DNA of 64,000 nucleotides from an uncultured delta proteobacterium (GTDB taxonomy: Bacteria; Desulfobacterota; RBG-13-43-22). Made by a program: the position numbers and the translations under genes. Numbering within the stretch: position 1 is the stretch's first letter; every line of letters begins with the position of its first letter. Below are positions 41,576-51,707 of the stretch, piece by piece. The stretch covers positions 237,552 to 301,551 of the forward strand of contig CAVUPH010000007.1 of NCBI GenBank assembly GCA_963743305.1, given 5' to 3'. Under the pieces are notes generated by a model. That model was given only the letters and a program-made list of their open reading frames with translations. It was not told the DNA's origin and made no database searches.

Positions 41576-43504
41576 CTACTTCACTTCTTCAAAATCCGCG
41601 TCCACTACGTCGTCGTCGGGTTTGCGGGTTCCGCCGCCCGGGCCGGCCTGGGCCCCCGGATCCGGGCCGGGTCCGCCGCCGGGACCGGCGCCCTGCTGGG
41701 AGGCCTGGGAGTACATCTTCTCGGCCAGTTTGTGGGAGCTGGTGGTCAGCTCCTCGGTGAGCCGCTTGATCTCGGCGGCGTCCGTGGTCTCCATGGCCTT
41801 TTTCAGCCGCTCGATGGCTCCCTCGATGTCGGACTTCAACTCGCTTTCCACCTTATCCCCCAGTTCCTTCACCGTCTTTTCCGTGGAGTAGATCAGGGTG
41901 TCGGCGTGGTTGCGGGACTCGGCCAGTTCCTTCTTCTTCTTGTCCTCCTCGGCATGCATCTCGGCATCCTTGACCAACTGCTGGATTTCCTTTTCGCTCA
42001 AGCCGCTGGAGGCGGTGATCTTGATGGACTGTTCCTTGCCGGTCCCTAAATCCTTGGCTGATACGTGGACGATCCCGTTGGCATCGATGTCAAAGGTCAC
42101 TTCGATCTGAGGCAGACCCCGGGGAGCCGGCGGAATACCGGTCAGCTCGAAACGGCCCAGGGTCTTGTTGTCCTGGGCCATCTCCCGCTCGCCCTGAAGC
42201 ACGTGGATGGATACCGCGGGCTGGTTGTCGGCCGCCGTGGAAAAGATCTGGCTCTTGCGGGTCGGGATGGTGGTGTTCTTTTCGATCAGCCGGGTGGCTA
42301 CCCCGCCCAGGGTCTCGATGCCCAGGGAAAGAGGCGTCACGTCCAGCAAGAGCACGTCTTTGACCTCGCCCTTGAGCACGCCGCCCTGGATACCGGCTCC
42401 GATGGCCACCACCTCATCGGGGTTGACGCCTTTATGGGGTTCGCGGCCGAAGATCTCCTTCACTTTGGCCTGAACCTTGGGCATCCGGGTCATGCCGCCG
42501 ACCAGGACCACTTCATGAATTTCCGAGGCCGACAAACCGGCGTCCTTCAGCGCTGTCCGGCAGGGGCCCTCCACTTTATTGATCAGGTCTTCGACCAGCA
42601 TCTCCAGTTTGGCCCGGGAGAGTTTCAGGTTCAGGTGTTTGGGGCCGCTGGCGTCGGCGGTGATGAAGGGCAGGTTGATGTCGGTCTCCATGGAGGTGGA
42701 GAGTTCCATCTTGGCCTTTTCCGCCGCCTCTTTGAGGCGCTGCAGGGCCATCTTGTCGCTGCGCAGATCGATGCCCTGGTCCTTACGGAACTCGGCGGCC
42801 AGATAATCGATCACCCGCAGGTCAAAATCCTCGCCGCCCAGGTGGGTGTCTCCGTTGGTGGACTTGACCTCGAAAACGCCTTCCCCGATTTCCAAAATGG
42901 AGATATCAAAGGTCCCGCCGCCCAGGTCAAAGACGGCGATTTTTTCATCCTTCTTTTTATCCAGGCCGTAGGCCAGAGCGGCCGCCGTAGGTTCGTTGAT
43001 GATCCGAAGCACATTCAAACCGGAAATCCGGCCGGCATCCTTGGTGGCCTGTCGCTGGCTGTCGTTAAAGTAGGCCGGGACGGTGACTACGGCGTCGGTC
43101 ACTTTTTCGCCCAGGTATTCCTCCGCGGTCTGTTTCATCTTGACCAGGATCATGGAAGAGATCTCCGCCGGCGAGTATTCCTTCCCGCGGATTTCAATGT
43201 GGGCGTCCCCGTTGGCGGCCTTGATGATTTTATAGGGCAGGATCGGAATATCATCCTGGACTTCCCGGGAATCAAATTTTCTTCCGATCAGCCGTTTGAC
43301 GGCATAGACCGTGTTGGTGGGGTTGGTGATCGCCTGGCGTTTGGCCACTTGGCCCACTAAACGCTCGTTGTTTTCCGTTACCGATACCACCGAGGGCGTT
43401 GTCCGGCTCCCTTCCACATTGGCGATCACTTTCGGCTCGCCGCCTTCCATGATGGCCACGCAGGAATTGGTAGTACCTAAATCAATTCCGATTACTTTAC
43501 TCAT
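41576..43504 (-). CDS. dnaK: Chaperone DnaK
   Basis: [34 protein letters not shown]. Confidence 0.99.
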   Translation of the reverse strand: MSKVIGIDLGTTNSCVAIMEGGEPKVIANVEGSRTTPSVVSVTENNERLVGQVAKRQAITNPTNTVYAVKRLIGRKFDSREVQDDIPILPYKIIKAANGDAHIEIRGKEYSPAEISSMILVKMKQTAEEYLGEKVTDAVVTVPAYFNDSQRQATKDAGRISGLNVLRIINEPTAAALAYGLDKKKDEKIAVFDLGGGTFDISILEIGEGVFEVKSTNGDTHLGGEDFDLRVIDYLAAEFRKDQGIDLRSDKMALQRLKEAAEKAKMELSTSMETDINLPFITADASGPKHLNLKLSRAKLEMLVEDLINKVEGPCRTALKDAGLSASEIHEVVLVGGMTRMPKVQAKVKEIFGREPHKGVNPDEVVAIGAGIQGGVLKGEVKDVLLLDVTPLSLGIETLGGVATRLIEKNTTIPTRKSQIFSTAADNQPAVSIHVLQGEREMAQDNKTLGRFELTGIPPAPRGLPQIEVTFDIDANGIVHVSAKDLGTGKEQSIKITASSGLSEKEIQQLVKDAEMHAEEDKKKKELAESRNHADTLIYSTEKTVKELGDKVESELKSDIEGAIERLKKAMETTDAAEIKRLTEELTTSSHKLAEKMYSQASQQGAGPGGGPGPDPGAQAGPGGGTRKPDDDVVDADFEEVK

Positions 43505-43579
43505 TTTCTCCTCCTTAAGAGTTGGTAACTTTCTCTATATTTATTTAATTCGTGTTTGACGCGTTAGCGAATTTCTGCC

Positions 43580-44191
43580 TCAGGCCCTCGACTCCAGGGA
43601 GTCCTCTTCGGGACCCAGTTCCGGCCTTTTGGATACCACGACCATGGCCGGGCGGATGAGGCGGCTGTGCAGGGTGTAGCCTTTCTGCAACTGGGTCAGA
43701 ACGGTGCCGGCCGGATGGTGAGCGTCCTCCTGGACCATGACCGCCTCGTGCAGGTTGGGATCGAATTCCTTGCCTGAGGCGTCCACCGGCGACACGCCGA
43801 TTTTTTCCAGGGCCGTGAGGAACCCTTTGAGGGTCATATCCACTCCTTCCAGGAGTCCCTGGGGACCCTTCGCTTCCCCGTGGTCGATGGCCCGCTCCAG
43901 GTTGTCCAACACCGGCAGCAATTCCTTGATCAGGTTTTCGGTCCCAAATTTGTAGGCATCGTTTTTTTCTTTTTCCATCCGTTTCTTAAAGTTTTCAAAT
44001 TCGGCGGACAATCTTAAAAAACGATCAAAATTATCCTGGGCCTCCTTTTTCTTCGCCTCCAGTCGGGCCTCCAGGGTTTCCTCTGGGGGGGTGGCTCCCT
44101 CCGGGATCTCTTCCGGGCTTGTCGGTTGCTCTTTTGACTTTGGGGCTTCTTTTGTTTGAATCGGTCCCGTATTTATTTTTACGTGTGTCAA
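43580..44191 (-). CDS. grpE: Nucleotide exchange factor GrpE
   Basis: RLSAEFENFKKR, LLPVLDNLERA, FDPNLHEA, RPAMVVVS; AAGGAG SD before TTG 44191. Confidence 0.96.
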   Translation of the reverse strand: MTHVKINTGPIQTKEAPKSKEQPTSPEEIPEGATPPEETLEARLEAKKKEAQDNFDRFLRLSAEFENFKKRMEKEKNDAYKFGTENLIKELLPVLDNLERAIDHGEAKGPQGLLEGVDMTLKGFLTALEKIGVSPVDASGKEFDPNLHEAVMVQEDAHHPAGTVLTQLQKGYTLHSRLIRPAMVVVSKRPELGPEEDSLESRA

Positions 44192-44205
44192 TAGTTGCTC
44201 CTTAA

Positions 44206-45243
44206 TCAAATCTTATCTTCCAAAATTTTACTGACCATCTTGGCCGTATAATCCACGATCGGGATGACCCGGTCATAATCCATGCGCGTCGGTCCGATGA
44301 CCCCCAGGGTGCCGATAGGGTGTTTCCCCATGGTGTAGGGGGCGGTAATCACGCTACAGGCCTCCATCTCGTTGACTTCGTTTTCCGAACCGATGAAAAT
44401 CTGGATCCCGCTGGCGGTGATGCTCTTTTCCAGCAAGCGCACCAAAAGGCTTTTTTGCTCAAAGGCCCGAAAAAGCGCCCTCAGGGTTTCTATCTGACTG
44501 AATTCCGGATACTGCATCAAATTGGTCTGACCCTCGACGTAAAATTCCCCCTGAGTATCCCCCTCCAGGGCCTGATTGGAGATCTTCAGGGCCGTGGAAA
44601 GGAGTTCATCAAACCGGATCTTGTCCTTCTTCATTTCTTCCAGAATCTTCAGCTTAACCTGATCCAAACTCAGGTTCCGCAAGAGTTCATTCAAATAATG
44701 GGTCAGTTTATCCAGGTCCTTCTGGGAGAGGTCTTCCTCCAGTTCGATGACCTTATTTTGGACCAGACCGGCTTTGGTCACCAGCACCACCAGAATAAAT
44801 TGGCCCCGGATCTTAATAAATTCAATATGCTTAAAACGGGTGGCCGAGGATTTGGGCGGAGAAACAACGGCCGCCTGCTCGGTGATCACGGCCAGCATCT
44901 TGGAGGTATTTTTCAGTAAATCTTCCACATCTTGGCTGCTGTCGGTTAAATAACTCCGAATCCGATCCTTTTCGGAGTCTTCCAAGGGCCTCAATTCCAG
45001 GATAGAGGAGACGTAAAACCGCAGGCCATTTTCCGTGGGGACCCTGCCCGCCGAGACGTGTGGCTGGGCGATCAATCCTAAATCCTCCAAATCGGACATA
45101 ATATTCCGAATGGTGGCCGGGCTGAGCAACTGTCCTTTCTTTTTGGAAAGGGTGCGCGAACCCACCGGTTCAGCGGTTTCAATAAAGTCCCGAATGATGG
45201 CGTTTAAAATAGACCGCCCTCTCTGGTTTAGAACAATGGGCAT
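44206..45243 (-). CDS. hrcA: Heat-inducible transcription repressor
   Basis: AEPVGSR, SPATIRN, QPHVSAGRVPT, GVIGPTRMDY. Confidence 0.97.
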   Translation of the reverse strand: MPIVLNQRGRSILNAIIRDFIETAEPVGSRTLSKKKGQLLSPATIRNIMSDLEDLGLIAQPHVSAGRVPTENGLRFYVSSILELRPLEDSEKDRIRSYLTDSSQDVEDLLKNTSKMLAVITEQAAVVSPPKSSATRFKHIEFIKIRGQFILVVLVTKAGLVQNKVIELEEDLSQKDLDKLTHYLNELLRNLSLDQVKLKILEEMKKDKIRFDELLSTALKISNQALEGDTQGEFYVEGQTNLMQYPEFSQIETLRALFRAFEQKSLLVRLLEKSITASGIQIFIGSENEVNEMEACSVITAPYTMGKHPIGTLGVIGPTRMDYDRVIPIVDYTAKMVSKILEDKI

Positions 45244-45293
45244 CGTTTATAGCGGATTCCTTTTAGGTTGAAAAGGCCTCAAAAATTGTTCTA

Positions 45294-45322
45294 AACTTAA
45301 CTATGCCGACCGGATTTGTCAA
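45294..45322 (-). promoter_or_regulatory. Putative sigma70 promoter of hrcA
   Basis: TTGACA-17 bp-TAAGTT on the minus strand. Confidence 0.5.
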
Positions 45323-45414
45323 GGGTTTGACACCCGGGTTTTTGCAATAAATCAAGGCTGGCCGATGAGAAAAGGGTATGGTATAATTAAAAAAATCGAT
45401 AGAGGAGCGCACCT

Positions 45415-46401
45415 ATGGACAATCCAACCTGCCAGAGCCCGGAAGCTGAACCGCCAGGGAGCGCCGGCGGTGACGAATGCCGTCATGTCCCCCTGTATCG
45501 GGAGGAATTGCCGGGAATCGTCAACGCCCTGGTGGAAAGTTGCCGTGACCCGGAGACCTTTCATCACCTTAATCTGGTGGGCCTCCCCTCCCAGGGGGCC
45601 GTTATTCAATTATTGGAGGGATTTAAACGAATCCTTTTCCCCGGTTATTTTGGAGACCAGGACATTGACGGCTATACCTTGCCTTACCAGTTAGGGATCG
45701 AAGTCAATCGGTTGTTCGAAGGCTTATCCCAACAAATCACCTTAAGCCTCCGTCATGAATGCCGTCGCTATCAGCATATTTGCACCCAATGCCAGGAGCG
45801 GGGGCAGCAGGAAGCGATCATCTTATTGAAAAAGATGCCGGAAATACGCCGAACCCTGGCCGATGATGTCCGGGCCGCTTATCAAGGGGACCCGGCGGCC
45901 AAAAGTTTTGACGAGATTATTTTCAGTTATCCGGCACTGCTGGCCATCACCACGCATCGCCTGGCCCATGAGTTGTTTATCCAGGGAGTCCCGATAGTTC
46001 CCCGAATGATGAGCGAGCACGCCCATAGCATTACCGGGATCGATATCCATCCCGGCGCCGTCATTGCCGGACATTTTTTTATAGATCACGGCACCGGCGT
46101 GGTAATCGGGGAAACCTCGGTGGTGGGAAGACAGGTCAGGATCTATCAGGGGGTGACTTTAGGGGCCTTGAGCCTGCCCATGGAAGAAAAAGGGGATCTT
46201 CTCAGGAGGAGCAAGAGACACCCGACCATAGAAGACCGGGTAACGATTTATGCCGGGGCCACCATTTTAGGAGGGGATACGGTCGTCGGGGCCGGGTCGG
46301 TGATTGGCGGGAATGTCTGGTTGACCCGGTCCGTTCCCCCGGGGACCACGGTGATGATCGAGGCGCCGAAATTGAGGGTTAAGGAAGACCATAAGGTTTA
46401 A
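45415..46401 (+). CDS. cysE: Serine O-acetyltransferase (long EpsC type)
   Basis: GDPAA, SYP, TGIDIHPGA, FIDHGTGVVIGET, KRHPTI. Confidence 0.92.
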   Translation: MDNPTCQSPEAEPPGSAGGDECRHVPLYREELPGIVNALVESCRDPETFHHLNLVGLPSQGAVIQLLEGFKRILFPGYFGDQDIDGYTLPYQLGIEVNRLFEGLSQQITLSLRHECRRYQHICTQCQERGQQEAIILLKKMPEIRRTLADDVRAAYQGDPAAKSFDEIIFSYPALLAITTHRLAHELFIQGVPIVPRMMSEHAHSITGIDIHPGAVIAGHFFIDHGTGVVIGETSVVGRQVRIYQGVTLGALSLPMEEKGDLLRRSKRHPTIEDRVTIYAGATILGGDTVVGAGSVIGGNVWLTRSVPPGTTVMIEAPKLRVKEDHKV

Positions 46402-46429
46402 GGATTTCATGTTCGAAAGACGATGCAAC

Positions 46430-46518
46430 AAATCCCCCCTTACCCCCCCTTTCTTAAAGGGGGGAACCCTTCTTCCTTGAGGCCCCTCTCTTTGAAAAAG
46501 GGAGGTTGGGAGGGATTT
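46430..46518. repeat. Palindromic CCCCCTTT-AAAGGGGG dispersed repeat
   Basis: AAATCCCCCCTTACCCCCCCTTTCTTAAAGGGGGG ... AAAGGGAGGTTGGGAGGGATTT. Confidence 0.7.
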
Positions 46519-46541
46519 ACTAATAGAAAATGGAGGGATGA

Positions 46542-47936
46542 ATGACAATTGATTCTAACCACTTCAAATCAATAGTTCAGGATATGGTTTATGATCTGGA
46601 GGGGGCTTTCCCCTACGCCTCGATCCTGGCCCTGGAGACTTCAGGGGAGCGAATTACCGTCCAGACTCGGCAACAAAGCGCGGAATTATTGGACCCGGCT
46701 CGGGGAGCGGTCCTGACTGCTTTCAATGGCCGCTCCTTTCTGGAATCGGCCACCTTCGATCTTTCACCGGAAGGTTTGAACGAGGCCGTGGCCCGGCTCA
46801 AGGAACTGGGAAAAGATCAGGGTATTTTTTACGACGGCCCGGTGATCGACCCGGGACCCAAGGTCGATGAGGATTTCTTGATCAAATGTCAAAACCATCC
46901 GGAATATGTCTCCCTGGGTGACAAGATCCAGGCCTGTGCCGACCTGAAGGACCGTCTGCACCGGGAAGAAGAACGGGTGGTCCAGGCCACCGCCCAATAT
47001 GCTTACACGCGGAACCGGGAATTGTTCGTCAATCGGCATAAAACTCTTTATCAGGATTTACGCCGGACCCAGATGGTGGCCCAGGTCATCATGCGGGAAG
47101 GAGATCAGTCCGTTCATCTGCACACCGGGCAGGCCCTGCAGGGGGGGTATGAACAGGCCTTCATCCCCGAAGATAAGCTGAGCCGTCTGATCGAGGATTG
47201 CCGGCGCCTGCTTAGCGCCCGGAGGCTCGACCCCGGCTATTATACCTGCGTCTTTTCTCCTGAATTTTCAGGGATATTCGCCCACGAGGCCTTCGGACAC
47301 GGAACCGAAACGGACATGTTCCTCAAAAAGAGGGCCAAGGGAGAGGAATACCTGGGGAAGGCCGTGGCCTCCCCGCTGGTCAATATGTTCGATTCTCCGG
47401 CCCTTCCCGGACAGGCGGCTTCCTTTTTTTTCGACCATGAAGGGGAATTAGCCACGGAAACCCGGATTATCGAAGGGGGGATTCTCAAGCGGGGGCTGAC
47501 GGACCTGAATTCAGCCACCCGTTTAAATCTCTCCCGGTCGGCCAACGGCCGGCGGGAGTCCTTCGAGCGCAAGGTCTACGCCCGGATGACCAACACCTAC
47601 TTCGGACCCGGAGAGGATACCCGGGAAGCCATGATCGCCTCCATAGACGACGGATATTTTTTGGATCACCCCTCCAACGGCATGGAAGACCCGAAAGGCT
47701 GGGGAATCCAGTTGGAGGGGTATTACGCGGAAAGGATCAGGCAGGGTCGGCTGACCGGAGAGATTTTTTCTCCGGTGATTATCACCGGGTATGTGCCGGA
47801 TCTCCTGCAGTCCATTTCCATGGTAGGAAAGAAAATGGAAATCAGCGGCCTGGGGATGTGCGGCAAAGGCCACAAGGAATGGGTGAAAGTGACCGACGGC
47901 GGCCCCTGCCTGAAATTGCGAGCCCGGTTGGCCTGA
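46542..47936 (+). CDS. tldD: TldD-family metalloprotease
   Basis: HEAFGHGTE, DHEG, NGRRES, RMTNTY, GMCGK. Confidence 0.88.
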   Translation: MTIDSNHFKSIVQDMVYDLEGAFPYASILALETSGERITVQTRQQSAELLDPARGAVLTAFNGRSFLESATFDLSPEGLNEAVARLKELGKDQGIFYDGPVIDPGPKVDEDFLIKCQNHPEYVSLGDKIQACADLKDRLHREEERVVQATAQYAYTRNRELFVNRHKTLYQDLRRTQMVAQVIMREGDQSVHLHTGQALQGGYEQAFIPEDKLSRLIEDCRRLLSARRLDPGYYTCVFSPEFSGIFAHEAFGHGTETDMFLKKRAKGEEYLGKAVASPLVNMFDSPALPGQAASFFFDHEGELATETRIIEGGILKRGLTDLNSATRLNLSRSANGRRESFERKVYARMTNTYFGPGEDTREAMIASIDDGYFLDHPSNGMEDPKGWGIQLEGYYAERIRQGRLTGEIFSPVIITGYVPDLLQSISMVGKKMEISGLGMCGKGHKEWVKVTDGGPCLKLRARLA

Positions 47937-47968
47937 GGCGCCGAGCGCTGAGCGCAGAGCGCCTGGCG
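47937..47968. repeat. Single heptamer arm (GAGCGCT family)
   Basis: GGCGCC GAGCGCT GAGCGCA GAGCGCC TGGCG directly after the tldD stop. Confidence 0.6.
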
Positions 47969-48003
47969 TCCATCGCAAACCCTGATTAAGAAAAGGGATC
48001 ATC

Positions 48004-49299
48004 ATGAACGTAAAGTCAATCAAAGAAATCATTGAAGATCGCATTCAACCGCACTCCTGGGAAATCCGCCGGCTGAGGAATAAAAGTTTTCAGCGGTACC
48101 TGATTTTTAAAGAGCAGGAATCCCAGCGGGTGGTGGAAAACGAAAAGTTTCTGGTCACCCTCTACAAAAACTACGAGCAGGATGGCCGGAAGGTTCTAGG
48201 CGAATCCACTCTGGCGTTGAGCGAAGGGGACGATTTGCGGGAGAAGCTCTCGGCTGCCTGGGAAATGGCCGGTCTGGTAGCTAATCCGGTTTTTGCTCTC
48301 CCCGATAAAGGGCTGGTCTATCAACCGGTCCAATCCGTCGATCCGGAGATAAAGGAGCACCCGTACTTTCATTTGGATAAAATCCGGGATGACTTGGTGA
48401 GGACCCCCTTGGACCGGGTTAAGTTGAGTTCCGCCGAGATCTTTCTGGAACTTAAGGAGTTTGAAATTGTGAATTCGCTCGGTTTGGAGCAAGCCCGGGA
48501 GGAAAGCGAGATCCTGGTGGAATTTGTCTTGCTGGCCGAAAAAGGGGCGGGCTTCGGAGGTGAAAGCTGGGGTTGGAAACAGGGCCGCAACTACGCCGAT
48601 ATGCGGCTTGGGGACGCGCTTCAAAAATATGCCCGATTTGCCTTGGAGTCCCAGGAGGCGGTTCTGCCGCCCAGCGGCGTCTATCCGGTCGTTTTCTCCG
48701 AGGAATCTCTGGATACCCTCTTTAATTTCTTTGTACTCCAGGCCTCCGGCCCGGCCCGATTCCAGGGGTGGTCCCGACTGGAATTGGATCAGCCGGTGCT
48801 GCCCGAAATCAAGGGAGAAGCACTCTCCCTGGCCAGCAATCCATCCATTCTCGGGCTTCTGAAGACCCGGTCCTTTGACGATCAGGGATTGCCCCTGAGC
48901 CCGGTGGACGTCATTCGGGAGAATATTTTTCGGAGTAGGCTGAATTCCAAGCGTTACGCGGATTATTTACAGGAACCGGCAACGGGAGGTATGGCCAACC
49001 TGCAAGTTGCACCGGGACCAAGAGGTTTTCAGGAATTGTTGGAGGACGGCCCGGTTTTTCATTTGCTGCGTTTCTCAACCTTTGAACCCAATCCGATTAC
49101 CGGGGCCTTTTCCGGGGAAATCCGAACCGGCTATTTGATTGAGGGAGGGATCGTCACCCCGATCAAGGGCGGGTCAGTTTCCGGGGTTATGGATCAGGCC
49201 TTCCAAGAGGCTTATTTTTCCAAAGAAATTACCCGCCGGGCCGCCTACCTGGGGCCGAAAGCCGTTCGTCTGGAGGGGTTGGATATCGCGGGGGAATAA
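48004..49299 (+). CDS. pmbA: PmbA/TldE-family protein
   Basis: GVYPVVF, FDDQG, NPITGAFSG; no HExxxH; follows tldD. Confidence 0.8.
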   Translation: MNVKSIKEIIEDRIQPHSWEIRRLRNKSFQRYLIFKEQESQRVVENEKFLVTLYKNYEQDGRKVLGESTLALSEGDDLREKLSAAWEMAGLVANPVFALPDKGLVYQPVQSVDPEIKEHPYFHLDKIRDDLVRTPLDRVKLSSAEIFLELKEFEIVNSLGLEQAREESEILVEFVLLAEKGAGFGGESWGWKQGRNYADMRLGDALQKYARFALESQEAVLPPSGVYPVVFSEESLDTLFNFFVLQASGPARFQGWSRLELDQPVLPEIKGEALSLASNPSILGLLKTRSFDDQGLPLSPVDVIRENIFRSRLNSKRYADYLQEPATGGMANLQVAPGPRGFQELLEDGPVFHLLRFSTFEPNPITGAFSGEIRTGYLIEGGIVTPIKGGSVSGVMDQAFQEAYFSKEITRRAAYLGPKAVRLEGLDIAGE

Positions 49300-49304
49300 T
49301 AAAG

Positions 49305-49398
49305 GAACGTCGAACATTGAATATCGAACGCCCAATCTTAAATGAAATACAAACCTCCCATTCAACATTCGATGTTGGGCGTTCGATGTTCGACGTTC
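49305..49398. repeat. Inverted heptamer-array element (TCGAACA family)
   Basis: GAACG TCGAACA TTGAATA TCGAACG CCCAAT ... CATTCGA TGTTGGG CGTTCGA TGTTCGA CGTTC. Confidence 0.8.
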
Positions 49399-49445
49399 AA
49401 ATCTTTTGGAATTTAGATGGCCCAAACGCAGACTAAGGAGGCAAT

Positions 49446-49928
49446 ATGGAATTAGTTGTTCAACCGTTGGTCATACCGGAGGAAGCGAACATTATTTTCG
49501 GCCAGTCCCATTTCATCAAGACCGTGGAAGACCTTTATGAAATCCTGATCGGATCGGTGCCGGGGATAAAGTTTGGTCTGGCCTTTTCCGAGGCCTCGGG
49601 GGATTGCCTGATCCGCAGCGTGGGTAACGATCCGGAACTGGAAGCGGCGGCCGTCCAAAATGCCCGGAGCGTCGCCGCCGGACACACCTTTAATATCCTC
49701 CTGCGGCAGGGGTTCCCCATCAATGTGCTGAATGCCATCAAAAACTGCTCCGAAGTCTGCTCCATCTTTTGCGCCAGCGCCAATCCGGTGGAAGTAATCC
49801 TGGCCCAATCGGAGCAGGGGAGGGGCGTTTTGGGAGTGATCGACGGCTTTTCACCGAAGGGGGTGGAGGAAGAAAAGGACCGGATCTGGCGGAAGGATCT
49901 GTTGCGGAAATTCGGTTATAAGTTGTAG
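49446..49928 (+). CDS. Adenosine-specific kinase family (DUF355)
   Basis: GQSHFIKTVEDL, FSEASG, FPINVLN, GRGVLGVIDG, FGYKL. Confidence 0.85.
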   Translation: MELVVQPLVIPEEANIIFGQSHFIKTVEDLYEILIGSVPGIKFGLAFSEASGDCLIRSVGNDPELEAAAVQNARSVAAGHTFNILLRQGFPINVLNAIKNCSEVCSIFCASANPVEVILAQSEQGRGVLGVIDGFSPKGVEEEKDRIWRKDLLRKFGYKL

Positions 49929-49974
49929 TCTGTTTATCCGGAGGGATAAACCCCCAGTTCTCGGGCGGGCGCCC

Positions 49975-50125
49975 CGAAGCATGAAAATACTTGGATATCC
50001 GTCATTCCGAGGAGCGAAGCGACGAAGCAATCCACCGGTTGGCTAGCGACGCACCCCAAGCTCAATCGGGGATTGCTTCGCTTCACTCGCAATGACAGAG
50101 GTGTTTGGACTTATTTTCAAAGTAA
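49975..50125. repeat. Composite repeat: CGAAGCATGAAAAT frame carrying a GTCAT...ATGAC palindrome (50001-50096)
   Basis: GTCATTCCGAGGAGCGAAGCGACGAAGCAATC ... GATTGCTTCGCTTCACTCGCAATGAC. Confidence 0.7.
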
Positions 50126-50140
50126 CGAGGAGTTTTTGTT

Positions 50141-50485
50141 ATGATAAGAGCTAAGCTCTGGCTGCAATGCGCGGCCATGAAGGACCCGGTGGCCCCGGTG
50201 TTGGTCCGTCCGTCGGTCATCGGCTGGCAGGGGAAATTCCGGCAGATCGATCTGACCATTGACCGGCCGTTTAGCGGAGAGGAACTCCTGCTGCGGATGA
50301 AAGGTTGGGTGACCACGGACCCCCGGGAGGTTATCGGGGAAATTAAGCCGGAAGGTTTCGTGAAGCTCTTTAACCAAGGGGAAGTGGTGGTGGAGACGGA
50401 TACCCAGGAGCAACTGGCCGCCGTTCAAAAGCGACTGCGGGACCGGTTCGGCGACCGCGTCTCGCTGGAACCCCTGGACGATTGA
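50141..50485 (+). CDS. Hypothetical protein
   Basis: GAGGAG SD, plausible codon usage, no recognised motif. Confidence 0.65.
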   Translation: MIRAKLWLQCAAMKDPVAPVLVRPSVIGWQGKFRQIDLTIDRPFSGEELLLRMKGWVTTDPREVIGEIKPEGFVKLFNQGEVVVETDTQEQLAAVQKRLRDRFGDRVSLEPLDD

Positions 50486-50496
50486 GGAACCGGTTA

Positions 50497-50652
50497 TGAC
50501 GGGCTTTCAAGAAAGTCCGTCATCAGCCCGAGTGCGATTAATCGCCGGGCTGGGGTGAGGGTGGGACCATTTGAATTCACTTCAAATGGCGGGAGAGGGG
50601 TAGCCCTCTCCCGCCGAGCAGAAAGTCCTTCTTAGACTTTTTGCGAGGTTAT
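50497..50652. mobile_element. MITE-like element, copy 2 (inverted relative to 4981-5135)
   Basis: Reverse complement aligns along its length, including TTGAAGTGAATTCAAATGGTCCCACCC. Confidence 0.7.
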
Positions 50653-50657
50653 TAAAT

Positions 50658-51563
50658 ATGACTTCCGCCAATTCCTCTCCTTTGATCGTTCCGCCTGGCT
50701 TGGAACCGGGAGCGACTATCGGTATTGCTTCCCCGGCGAGTCCCGCTGATCGGGAACCACTGGAAGCGGGGCTGACGATTTTGCGGCAGTGGGGGTATGC
50801 CCCTCGGTTGGGGCGCCGGAGTATCCGGAAGAAAAGGTATCTGGCCGGGTCGGACGCGGAGCGGGCCGAGGAATTGCTGGATCTATTTCAAGACCCGGAG
50901 GTCAAGGCCATCCTCTGCGCCCGGGGGGGGTATGGGGCCATGCGCCTCCTGGATCTTTTGGATTACCGGGCGATCAATAAAAACCCCAAACTCTTCATCG
51001 GCTTCAGCGACATTACCGTACTGTCGCTGGCCTTTTGGAAGAAGTCCCGCTTGCTGACCTTCCACGGGCCCATGGTCACCACCCTGGCCCGACTGACGGC
51101 GGCGTCGCGCGACCAGTTTCGTTTTACCCTGCGGGGTGTCTTTTTGGAATCCCTGCCGCTCCCCCGGCAGGGGAAGATCCACGGTGGTTGGGCCCAGGGA
51201 GTGCTGCTGGGAGGGAATTTGACCCTGCTCTCGCACCTGATCGGGACCTCTTTTGAGCCGGACTGGGACCGGGCGATCCTCTTCGTCGAAGATGACGGGG
51301 AGTCGGGATACCGATTAGACCGTCTTTTTGTTCATCTGAGGTTGTCCGGCGTACTGGGGCGGATACGAGGATTGCTTTTGGGACGATTGGACGGCCCCGG
51401 GCTGATCAAAAGGGATTTCGAGCTGATCCGGGAAACCTTCGCCGGTCTGGACATCCCGATCTGGCAGGGCCTGCCGTTTGGCCATGGCCGACAAAACTGG
51501 ACCCTCCCGGTGGGAGCGCCGGTCGAACTGGACGGGGAGCGAGGACTTCTGACGTTCCCGTAG
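50658..51563 (+). CDS. ldcA: LD-carboxypeptidase (S66)
   Basis: SPAS, CARGGYG, GFSDIT, GGNL, FVED, PFGH. Confidence 0.88.
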   Translation: MTSANSSPLIVPPGLEPGATIGIASPASPADREPLEAGLTILRQWGYAPRLGRRSIRKKRYLAGSDAERAEELLDLFQDPEVKAILCARGGYGAMRLLDLLDYRAINKNPKLFIGFSDITVLSLAFWKKSRLLTFHGPMVTTLARLTAASRDQFRFTLRGVFLESLPLPRQGKIHGGWAQGVLLGGNLTLLSHLIGTSFEPDWDRAILFVEDDGESGYRLDRLFVHLRLSGVLGRIRGLLLGRLDGPGLIKRDFELIRETFAGLDIPIWQGLPFGHGRQNWTLPVGAPVELDGERGLLTFP

Positions 51564-51581
51564 TGAATACCTAACCATCTG

Positions 51582-51657
51582 AAAATCCCCCCCACCCCCC
51601 TTTGCCAAAGGGGGGAGTTAAAGTCCCCCTTTAGCAAAGGGGGATTTAGGGGGATTT
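51582..51657. repeat. Palindromic CCCCCTTT-AAAGGGGG dispersed repeat
   Basis: CCCCCCTTTGCCAAAGGGGGG and CCCCCTTTAGCAAAGGGGG within AAATCCCC...GGGGATTT. Confidence 0.75.
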
Positions 51658-51707
51658 CAAAAGGGCTAGAATAACCACCGAATCTTCTATTTACGTATTA
51701 AACCCGC

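Noticed and set aside
42065-43360. 431-aa ORF antisense to dnaK, and similar long antisense ORFs over thrS, the sigma54 regulator, alaC and hom
   Set aside because: Shadow ORFs caused by GC-rich codon bias of well-supported genes on the other strand.
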